Shown here one piece after another: positions 10,577-18,984 of a DNA stretch of 64,000 nt. Source of the stretch: a virus; UHGV virus genome UHGV-0039337; one strand, written 5' to 3'. The notes under the pieces were generated by a model that did not search any database, had not been told where the DNA came from, and worked only from the letters and a program-made list of their open reading frames with translations. The number at the start of each line of letters is the position of its first letter. The stretch's first letter is position 1. The position numbers and the translations under genes were made by a program.

Positions 10577-10798
10577 ATTTTATTATAGAGATTAAAGTCT
10601 AAAGGAGGTCGTATGAAATTGCTGCTAATGACGACATAATAAAATCGTTATTAGATATTTTGGGATAAAAGAGATGCAAATATAATAGGTGCATCTATCG
10701 TTATTCAATTTACAGAAGTTACTATTTAAACTACAGATATTGAAGTAACTTCTATGTTAGATAAAATATTTACATAAATAATAAAAAGGAGTGCTAAA

Positions 10799-12265
10799 AT
10801 GGCTAATACTAAATTAATAAATTGCGATCAACTTCAAATTTCATTACAGAAAGTTAAAGATTATGTAGATGGTAAGTTTGCAGTAGCTGATCATAATCAC
10901 AATAATGTTTATTATACGCAAACACAAATAAACAATAAAATAAATAATATTAATTCTGCAATAGGCGGTAAAGCTAATGCAACACATTCACATAAATCAA
11001 GTGATGTTACAACCATGGGAGGATATTCTAAACCAGATTCTACTGGTGCTATAGCTACTACTGATACTTTAAATGCTGCAATTGGTAAATTAGAAACAGC
11101 ATTAGATGGTAAATCTAGCTCTAGTCATAATCATAATGGGGTTTATTTACCTATAAATGGTACAGCAGCTAGCGCTACTAAATTAGCTACAGCTAGAACT
11201 ATAAATGGTATAGAATTTGACGGTACTAAAGCTATAACTATAACAGCTAACCCTAATGCTCATAATCAGGCTTCAAATACAATAAATGCAATGACAGGAT
11301 ATGCTATAGCTAAAGCTTCTGCAGCAATAGCTACTACAGATAGTTTAAATACTGCTATAGGAAAACTAGAATATGCAATAGGACAAAAACAAGCTAGTGG
11401 TTCTTATGCTTCAGCCAATCATAATCATGATAACAGATATTATACAGAAACAGAAATAAATACTAAAATATCTGATTTACAAACTGCTGATACAAATAAT
11501 TTAGCTAATGCTAAAGCATATACTGATGCTGCTATTGATAAAATAACCGGAGAAGGCGTATCGGAAGCTCTTGATACATTAAAAGAATTAGGAGATGCAT
11601 TAAATAACGATGCTAATTTTGCAAGTACTATGACTACTGCATTAGCTGGTAAAGCAGATTCAAACCATATCCATGATGTTGCTACAACTACTACTGATGG
11701 ATTTATGTCATCTGATATGGTAACTAAATTAAATGGCATAGCTAATAATGCTAACAATTATGTGCATCCAACTACTGTTGGTAATAAACATATTCCTGCT
11801 GGTGGAGCTACAGGACAATTTTTAGGTTATTCAGCTGCTGGCACTGCTCAATGGGTAGCTAATCCTAATACAGATAGCAAAGTAAATACTGCAGCAGATA
11901 CAACTAGTACTAAATTATATTTAACTGGTGCTACTGGAGCTACTACTGCTGGATTGAAATATAGTTCATCTATTTTCTTTAGTGCTAAAGATGGTACCAT
12001 AACTGCTTCAGGGTTTAATGGCAAAGCTACTAGTGCCGGTTCTGCCGATACTGCTTCTGCTTGTTCTGGTAATGCAGCATCTGCTAGTAAAGTAAATAGT
12101 TCATTAACTATACAATTTAATGGTGTTAATAATAAAACATTTAATGGTAGTTCAGCACAAACAGTTAATATAACTCCTGCTTCAATAGGAGCTGCTACAA
12201 CTGCCGATACTGCTAAAGCAACAGACAAAGAAGTAAGCGATATGCTAACTACTATTTTTGGATAA
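10799..12265 (+). CDS. Tail fibre protein (488 aa) with phage tail-fibre repeats containing HxH motifs
   Basis: Strong RBS aaaaggagtgct. The N-terminus MANTKLINCDQLQISLQKVKDYVDGK is shared with the next gene. It has repeated ~35-aa units with DHNHN, THSHK, SHNHNG, NHNHD, NHIHD and TINGIEFDGTKAITIT. Composition is Ala/Thr/Asn-rich, typical of fibre shafts. Confidence 0.85.
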   Translation: MANTKLINCDQLQISLQKVKDYVDGKFAVADHNHNNVYYTQTQINNKINNINSAIGGKANATHSHKSSDVTTMGGYSKPDSTGAIATTDTLNAAIGKLETALDGKSSSSHNHNGVYLPINGTAASATKLATARTINGIEFDGTKAITITANPNAHNQASNTINAMTGYAIAKASAAIATTDSLNTAIGKLEYAIGQKQASGSYASANHNHDNRYYTETEINTKISDLQTADTNNLANAKAYTDAAIDKITGEGVSEALDTLKELGDALNNDANFASTMTTALAGKADSNHIHDVATTTTDGFMSSDMVTKLNGIANNANNYVHPTTVGNKHIPAGGATGQFLGYSAAGTAQWVANPNTDSKVNTAADTTSTKLYLTGATGATTAGLKYSSSIFFSAKDGTITASGFNGKATSAGSADTASACSGNAASASKVNSSLTIQFNGVNNKTFNGSSAQTVNITPASIGAATTADTAKATDKEVSDMLTTIFG

Positions 12266-12320
12266 AATATTTTATTTATGAAGCGTATATTAAAATTATA
12301 AAAAAGAAAGGAGATATTAG

Positions 12321-14939
12321 ATGGCAAATAATAAAAATATTACATTTGATCAACTTCAAACTTCTCTTAAAAAAGTAAAATCAGCTATCGATGGTAAAGC
12401 AAATACCAGTCATGGAAACCATGTTCCTACTACTGGTACAACCGATAACGCTACATATTTAAGAAATGATAATTCATGGCATAAAATAGTGCCTTCAGAT
12501 ATAGGTGCAGCCCCTTCTGTTCATGGGACACATGTCACATATTCTACAACTGCTCCGTCAGCTCCTGGAACTGCTTCTGCAGGTACTGCTGATAATGTAT
12601 CAAGAGGAGATCACGTACATCCTCTTCAAACTACAATAAGCGGTAATGCCGGTAGTGCTACTAAACTTGCCAATGCTCGTAATTTAACTGTAGGAAATAC
12701 AAAAAAATCATTTAATGGTACAGCTGATGTATCATGGAGTTTAAATGAAATAGGAGCAGCTGCTTCTGGTCATACTCATAATTGTTTTGCAATTAAAGGC
12801 GAAAATACTATATCCGGTATTGCAAATGATACTACAGAAAAATGGAAAGATCATGGTAATTCTGTACACTGGTATACAAAAGCAAATCAAATAACAGGTC
12901 AGCCTTCTCCATATGGTTTCCTTACTAACTGGGCTTCAGGTGGAGACGTTCATCAATTATGGATGACACAAAGTTCTGGAAACATGTTTCATAGAGGTGG
13001 TAATAATGATGGATGGTATGGTACTTGGAGAACAATATTAGATGAAAATAATTTTACTGCTTATTCTCCTACGTTAAGTGGTGGAGGAGCAATGGGTATA
13101 TGGGCAATTAGCGTTACTGGTAACGCAGGTACAGCTACTAAACTTGAAGAATCAAAAACTATAAATGGAACTAGTTTTGATGGTTCTAGTAATATAACTA
13201 CTGCTAATTGGGGTACTGCTAGAACTATTACTATAGGAAATAAAAGCAAATCAGTTAACGGTTCTGCAAATGTATCATGGACATTAGATGAAATAGGTGC
13301 TTTTCCGTTAACTGGTGGTATGTTGAGTAGTGGAGTAGGTATTGTAAATACTTATGGCGAAGCATGGTTTGATATTGGAGCCAATGATACATATGTATAT
13401 AATAAAAATAGCAATAAATCATTACAATTAAAGCATACTGGTGAATTAGTTTATGACGAAACATTTATTTTAGCTAATGAAGACGAAGGCGGTAAAATAA
13501 CTATAAAATCTACTGCTAATAATAATAATACAACAAATTATGGTGTTGGCGGTAGTGATATATATATAGATAACGTTAAAACAGGTAAAGCTTTGCAATT
13601 AAAAAATGACGGAACATTAAGATATAATGATAATATAATTTTAGATTCTAGCAACTATTCTTCTTATACTACTAGAAGATGTTGCGTAGTAGGACAAACA
13701 GGAAACTCTACAAGTAAACCTTATTATCTATTTGCTTATATAATTGCAAATGGATCTAACATGGATAGAGAAATAACATTTAAAGTAAGCACAGGATATG
13801 ATAATATTAAAGCTTCTGGTATATTAAGAGCACATTTAAGAACTAATTCAAATAATTATGTACAGAATGCACAATTATATTGGGAATATGCTAATACTGG
13901 TATAGAAGAAAGTAATTTTATCTTAGCATATGGTACAGGAGTGAATCCTACAGTTGAATTATGGGTTAAATGTGATGTAGCTTGGATGATGTATCATTTT
14001 GAAGTAATACAAGAAATTGCAAGAGACGAACATTATTTAGATCCTAAATGGATGTTGCAAACTTGTTGTCAAGAAGGTTATGCTGATTCTCCTACTAGTG
14101 GATATACTCAAGTGCCTAGTACAATTTTACAATTAAAAAATAGTGCACAATATGCATCAGCACTAAATGATGTTCAATATGCATCAGCATTGGATAATGC
14201 TCAATATACATCAACATTAGATAATGATATACAAATAGAAATAAATCCTTCATCAGGTAATGATAATGTTGAATTAGCAGATGGTGCAGTATATAAAACA
14301 ATTGCAGGAGTACTAGATGCATTACCTAAATTTTTAAACGGTAAACGAGTAAATATCTGGATGCGTGCTGATATAACTGAAAATGCAGACTTTCAAAATT
14401 ATACTAGTGGACAAATAAAATTTTACCTAGATGGACACACATTATACGGATATATTAGAAACTATATGAGTAGTGTTAAAGTGACTGTATATGGTGGATG
14501 GCCAGGTACCGAAAAAGGACATGTTGGAATAATTCACCCACCTGTAGGATGCGCAGTTGCCGGAAGAACAGGTAGCTTTATTTCACAAGAAAACTCCTCA
14601 ATGGATGCTTATAGCGTAAAAATATATGGTAGTGATAATCTGAATTCTTCTGGAACTTCCAATACTGTTGGTGTTATAGGAGACTCGTTTGCTACAATCT
14701 ATACTGAAAATGTTCAGTTTGTAAATTGTGATATAGGATTTAGGGGAAGTACCGGTGCTAGAATACATGATGCGAATTCAAGCGGTGTATGTAGTCAATA
14801 TGGTTATCAAGTTACAAGCGGTGCTTTCATAACAATTGATAACGCTGCCCACTGCGGTGGCAAAACTGCAAATACTGACCAAACATTGCCAGGGCAAATA
14901 ATAGCACACGCTAGCGCTACATATGCAAGCGGTAATTAA
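12321..14939 (+). CDS. Tail fibre protein (872 aa) with a paralogous N-terminus, a different distal domain and HxH repeats
   Basis: RBS aaaggagatatt. The N-terminus is MANNKNITFDQLQTSLKKVKSAIDGK. It has GHTHN, GDHVHP and RTINGTSFDGSSNIT repeats. The C-terminal ~250 aa are Gly/Ser-rich and beta-helix-like. Confidence 0.85.
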   Translation: MANNKNITFDQLQTSLKKVKSAIDGKANTSHGNHVPTTGTTDNATYLRNDNSWHKIVPSDIGAAPSVHGTHVTYSTTAPSAPGTASAGTADNVSRGDHVHPLQTTISGNAGSATKLANARNLTVGNTKKSFNGTADVSWSLNEIGAAASGHTHNCFAIKGENTISGIANDTTEKWKDHGNSVHWYTKANQITGQPSPYGFLTNWASGGDVHQLWMTQSSGNMFHRGGNNDGWYGTWRTILDENNFTAYSPTLSGGGAMGIWAISVTGNAGTATKLEESKTINGTSFDGSSNITTANWGTARTITIGNKSKSVNGSANVSWTLDEIGAFPLTGGMLSSGVGIVNTYGEAWFDIGANDTYVYNKNSNKSLQLKHTGELVYDETFILANEDEGGKITIKSTANNNNTTNYGVGGSDIYIDNVKTGKALQLKNDGTLRYNDNIILDSSNYSSYTTRRCCVVGQTGNSTSKPYYLFAYIIANGSNMDREITFKVSTGYDNIKASGILRAHLRTNSNNYVQNAQLYWEYANTGIEESNFILAYGTGVNPTVELWVKCDVAWMMYHFEVIQEIARDEHYLDPKWMLQTCCQEGYADSPTSGYTQVPSTILQLKNSAQYASALNDVQYASALDNAQYTSTLDNDIQIEINPSSGNDNVELADGAVYKTIAGVLDALPKFLNGKRVNIWMRADITENADFQNYTSGQIKFYLDGHTLYGYIRNYMSSVKVTVYGGWPGTEKGHVGIIHPPVGCAVAGRTGSFISQENSSMDAYSVKIYGSDNLNSSGTSNTVGVIGDSFATIYTENVQFVNCDIGFRGSTGARIHDANSSGVCSQYGYQVTSGAFITIDNAAHCGGKTANTDQTLPGQIIAHASATYASGN
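14145..14225 (+). repeat. Three tandem 27-bp units encoding AQYASALND / VQYASALDN / AQYTSTLDN
   Basis: The units gcacaatatgcatcagcactaaatgat, gttcaatatgcatcagcattggataat and gctcaatatacatcaacattagataat sit head to tail inside the 12321 fibre gene. Confidence 0.8.
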
Positions 14940-15154
14940 ACGACCGATAGTACTTCAGCCTAATACTTATTGCGACTAAGATTACTATAATTAAATCTAA
15001 TAATGGTATTATAAAAGGAGTTTTAATATTCAATCTACCTATATAATGCAGCAAACTATGCAGTATATTCTGGTAGCTTAACAATGAAAATTACTTACAC
15101 AGAATAATGTTTAGTTAAATTAACTAAGCAAAGTAATAATATATATGAATGCAG

Positions 15155-15189
15155 TAATAGGATTAGTCAAATATTAGCTAGTCCTATTA
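15155..15189 (+). promoter_or_regulatory. 12-bp-stem palindrome/hairpin immediately upstream of the 15229 RBS
   Basis: taataggattag-(11 nt loop)-ctagtcctatta gives 12 pairs including one G.U, followed by a T-rich tract. It lies in a 289-bp non-coding gap, the largest in the fibre cassette. Confidence 0.55.
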
Positions 15190-15228
15190 TTATGTATATA
15201 TTATTTACAGAGAAAAGGAGAAATATAA

Positions 15229-15767
15229 TGGCAAATTTAACATTTCTAGAAGCATTAAATAAATCATTAATTGCTACTAAAAAATATGTTGATAACTCAG
15301 TAGCTGGAATAGTGGATTCAGCGCCAGAAACTTTAAATACTTTAAAAGAATTATCTACAGCTTTAGGAGATGATCCTAATTTTGCTACTACTGTTGCAAC
15401 TAATATAGGAAAAAAAGTAGATAAAATAGAAGGGAAAACATTAACAGCTAATGATTTAACAAATGAATTAAAAGCTAATTACGATGCTGCATATGCTCAT
15501 AGTCAAGTGGCACATGCTCCAGCTGATGCACAAAAAAATAGTGATATAACTAAAGATGAAATAGAAGCTAAATTAACTGGTGATATAAGTTCTCATACAC
15601 ATAGCCAGTATTTAACAGAACATCAAAATTTGGATGAATATGCTCCTAAGAAATATGTGGATGATAAAATGGCAAATTTAAGTATAGTAAAAATATCTAA
15701 AACTGATTTTGAAGCATTAACTACAAAAGATGCTAATACTTTATATTTAGTATTAGAAGATTCATAA
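15229..15767 (+). CDS. Short tail-fibre-like protein (179 aa) with the shared N-terminal anchor motif
   Basis: ATG at 15229 with RBS aaaaggagaaatata. The track start at 15192 reads through the RBS. The N-terminus MANLTFLEALNKSLIATKKYVDNSVAG carries the KKYVD motif. SHTHSQY is a fibre-repeat HxH motif. Confidence 0.8.
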
Positions 15768-15792
15768 AACCGAATTTAAAGGAGAGGTTTGA

Positions 15793-17295
15793 ATGGCAAC
15801 ATTAAAAATAAAACCGTCATCTTACACTACAAACAAATGGAAAAATATAGAAAAAATGTATGATAATGATACCAGTACATACGCATCATGCACTGTTAAC
15901 TTGACTACTAATGATCTATCATGTGATCTTCATATAACTAAACCTTCCCTACCCGATTATTACATTATTAATAACATAAAATTACATTTAGTAGCAAGAG
16001 GTAAAACAATGACAAATGATGGAGGTCATTGGCTTAGAATATATATAAATGAAACTAATCAAATATCAGATTTACATTTAGGATTTTGTGATGGTATTGA
16101 ATATGATATACCATTAACAATAGATCAATATAATCAAATGAATGAAAATAATAGTATGAAATTAACAGCACATAGGGCCAACTCTAGAACTAACATTAAT
16201 ATTTATATATTTGATTTTTATATTGAAATAGATTATACCGATTTAAGTCAAACTATGATAACTGATACAAACGACGATATTTGGATTTATAAAAATGGAA
16301 CAATTACTATAGATATTAATGCTTATCCTAAAACATTAATAAATTGGTCAGTTGATAATCCAAATATAATAGATTTACAACTTATATCCAATGGATTTTC
16401 ATGCAATATAACAGGTAAAGCTGTAGGAGAGTGTATTGTAACTGCAGTTCATTCAGAAAATAGTGAATGTAAAACTCAATTCAAGATTAATGTTAATAAA
16501 TTAATTGAAAATAATTATTGCTCTTTTATATTAAATAACGTTACTTTGAATCATATTATGATAGGGGAACAAAATGTTGCTTTTGTTTATCTTGGAAACA
16601 CTAAAGTATTTGAATATAAAACTCATATACCATACAGTGAGTTTAAATTTAACACTTTAACAAAAGACTTTACCATGCCTTTATACACTAGATTAACTTC
16701 TCAAACATATACAAAAGCATATATAGATCGTCTTGATGGACATATACGTAATTATGCTGCAGCTCCTCCTGGCGAACTTGAGGAAGACGATAGTTCAATA
16801 GCAACAGTAGATTATATACCAGTATATGATAATGAAGAAATAATATTTAATTATCCATCGACTGAATATGGTATAGGATTATGTAGCTATACTGGAATTC
16901 ATGAATATTATAAAACATGGTTTGGTCCTGATAAAGGTTGGGGTAATTACAATATGAGTGATTCTGGTGGAGACGTAACCGGTACTACAACGACATGTAT
17001 TATTCCTGAAGGAGCTAAATACATAAGATGGTGTGGCAACAATATGACTGGAGAACAAATATTTGCTAGACGATATAGCGTACAAAATATCGATTTAATA
17101 CCTTATCCTCCAAATAGTACATATACTTTTAATACAGAATATAAATCTAGCGATGAGTCTGTAGCTGTAATTGAAGGTTCAATGATACGTGCTAAATCTG
17201 CTGGTAATTGCATTATAACTGTTACGCATGGTCAAATTAGTACAAATATTAATTTAACTATAATAGATAATAGCAATGATTTCACAACATATTAA
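15793..17295 (+). CDS. 500-aa protein with two bacterial Ig-like (Big_2-type) domains
   Basis: RBS aaaggagaggtttga. The Big_2-like segments are WSVDNPNIIDLQ...GKAVGECIVTAVHSEN and YKSSDESVAVIEGSMIRAKSAGNCIITVTHGQ. Confidence 0.75.
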   Translation: MATLKIKPSSYTTNKWKNIEKMYDNDTSTYASCTVNLTTNDLSCDLHITKPSLPDYYIINNIKLHLVARGKTMTNDGGHWLRIYINETNQISDLHLGFCDGIEYDIPLTIDQYNQMNENNSMKLTAHRANSRTNINIYIFDFYIEIDYTDLSQTMITDTNDDIWIYKNGTITIDINAYPKTLINWSVDNPNIIDLQLISNGFSCNITGKAVGECIVTAVHSENSECKTQFKINVNKLIENNYCSFILNNVTLNHIMIGEQNVAFVYLGNTKVFEYKTHIPYSEFKFNTLTKDFTMPLYTRLTSQTYTKAYIDRLDGHIRNYAAAPPGELEEDDSSIATVDYIPVYDNEEIIFNYPSTEYGIGLCSYTGIHEYYKTWFGPDKGWGNYNMSDSGGDVTGTTTTCIIPEGAKYIRWCGNNMTGEQIFARRYSVQNIDLIPYPPNSTYTFNTEYKSSDESVAVIEGSMIRAKSAGNCIITVTHGQISTNINLTIIDNSNDFTTY

Positions 17296-17380
17296 TAAAA
17301 ATATAAAAATACAGTTATAAATAATATTTATTTGAAAATAATTAAAAGACAATGTTATGTCAGTTAAGTATTATATTTTA

Positions 17381-17420
17381 ATACACCTTCTTATAATTTA
17401 ATAGGGGGGTGTATTTTATT
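17381..17420 (+). terminator. Putative rho-independent terminator
   Basis: atacaccttc ... gggggtgtat is a 10-bp stem with two G.U pairs and a 14-nt loop, followed by ttttatt. Confidence 0.5.
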
Positions 17421-17520
17421 ATGATTTTTTACAATAATAATAAAGAAGAGGCAGAAAAAAATATGGAACAAGTTTATGAATTACTAGCAGAAATTTTAAT
17501 AGAAAGCGAGAGTGATAATA

Positions 17521-18906
17521 ATGAAAAATCAATTACTTAATATAGCTTATTTGCGTTGTAGTACAGATGACCAAGATGTAGCACATCAATTATCAAGTAT
17601 AGAAAAATTCTGCGAAAGTCAAAATATAGTTATAGACAAAGTAATTAAAGACGAAGGCGTAAGTGCTTATAGTAAAAGTGCATATGAAAGAAAAGGCTTT
17701 AGTGAAGTAATACATTTAGTAGAAGAAAACAAGGTTAATAAACTTATATTATTCGAATCTTCTAGATTATCTAGAAATTTTCATGAAGGACAAAATTTAA
17801 TTAAATTCTTTAGTGACAAAAGAGTGGAGATATATAGTGTAGTAGATGGTGGTATAATTAATGCTACTGAAGTAGATGAATTATTAAATAGTATTAGGTA
17901 TTGGCTTAATCAAAAAGCCAGTAAAGAAACAAGTGATAGAATTAAAAGTCAAAAAAAGTTAGCTAAATCCAAAGGAGAATTTCTGGGACATCCTGTTCCA
18001 CTAGGATTTAAAATAGAAAACAAGCATGAAATTATAGACGAAGATAAGCGTAATTTTATTATTGAATTATTTAATACTTATATTAATCAAAGTTCTAGAG
18101 CATGTATAGATTTATTAAAAACTATAGGAATCAAAGCTAATCATCAAACGCTATTGCAAAGGATAAAAAATGATAAATATATACAAATAGTAGGAAAAGA
18201 TACTTTTAACAAAGCCCAAGAAACCATACAATCTAGAAGATGTAATAAAGGAAATAATACCAGAACTTTAAACAGGAGTAATATTTTATATGAGGGTTTA
18301 TTATACCATCTATGTGGTAGCAAACTTACAATAGATAAAAATAGAAAAGGTGAACCTGTTTTTAGATGTAGAAGATGCAAACATAATTTAGATATAAATA
18401 TTAAAAAATCTTTTATTGGTAATCCTTTAATGAACAATATTAACAAAGATATGTATGAAATAATCAATAATTTAGATAGGAATAAATTAGAAGAGAAGTA
18501 TAAAGAACGTAATAACAAACAACGCTCAATAATATCTTACAAAATACACGAACTAAAAGCATCTATTAAAAGCAAGAAAAAATCTTATGCTTTAGCTAAT
18601 AATAAATTAGAAAAAATATTAATATCTGATATGGATGATTCACTTATATCTACTGTGGCTAATACTGTTAACAATATAAAAAAAGAGATAGAAGAATTAG
18701 AAAAGGAATTAAATATTGAGCAAGAAAAAATAGATACTATAGACGAACAAGCGAAATTTAATGCTGGTTTAATTAATAAAATAATCAACTTAAAAGATGT
18801 GTATATAAACGGAAGTGACAAGAAAAAGAAGGCTATACTTAACTTTATGATAGATAAAGTAATAGTTTATGACATTGATAAGTTTGATATTTTTTTAAAA
18901 ATATGA
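17521..18906 (+). CDS. Large serine recombinase (resolvase/invertase catalytic domain plus recombinase and zinc-ribbon C-terminal domains)
   Basis: N-terminal IAYLRCSTDDQ carries the catalytic Ser. RLSRN and the resolvase fold motifs are present. The C-terminus has the Cys cluster CGSKLT...FRCRRCKHN and a long coiled coil, typical of phiC31/TnpX-type large serine recombinases. ATG at 17521 is preferred over the track's GTG at 17512. Confidence 0.85.
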   Translation: MKNQLLNIAYLRCSTDDQDVAHQLSSIEKFCESQNIVIDKVIKDEGVSAYSKSAYERKGFSEVIHLVEENKVNKLILFESSRLSRNFHEGQNLIKFFSDKRVEIYSVVDGGIINATEVDELLNSIRYWLNQKASKETSDRIKSQKKLAKSKGEFLGHPVPLGFKIENKHEIIDEDKRNFIIELFNTYINQSSRACIDLLKTIGIKANHQTLLQRIKNDKYIQIVGKDTFNKAQETIQSRRCNKGNNTRTLNRSNILYEGLLYHLCGSKLTIDKNRKGEPVFRCRRCKHNLDINIKKSFIGNPLMNNINKDMYEIINNLDRNKLEEKYKERNNKQRSIISYKIHELKASIKSKKKSYALANNKLEKILISDMDDSLISTVANTVNNIKKEIEELEKELNIEQEKIDTIDEQAKFNAGLINKIINLKDVYINGSDKKKKAILNFMIDKVIVYDIDKFDIFLKI

Positions 18907-18984
18907 TGGTTGAGCATTATAATAGTTGTTGCATTTATTATACTTAACCACAAAGGTAATATTTTATAGAAAGGAGCTGATGCA

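Noticed and set aside
10608-10637. Mini-ORF MKLLLMTT after the aaaggaggtc RBS-like site
   Set aside because: Only 8 codons. More likely the remnant of a deleted gene start than a functional peptide.
14960-15075. Candidate sigma-70-like promoters (TTGCGA / TATAAT at ~14967-14990; TATAAT at ~15043)
   Set aside because: Spacing between the -35-like and -10-like hexamers is wrong (10 nt). In a ~70% AT genome TATAAT-like hexamers occur by chance too often to call without transcript data.
10325-18984. Gin/Cin/Hin-type invertible fibre segment (G-segment-like) or shufflon
   Set aside because: All fibre genes are co-directional and no oppositely oriented alternative C-terminal cassettes exist. The recombinase is a large serine recombinase, not a ~190-aa invertase. 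No flanking inverted crossover repeats were found by eye, although a cassette-exchange role is not excluded.
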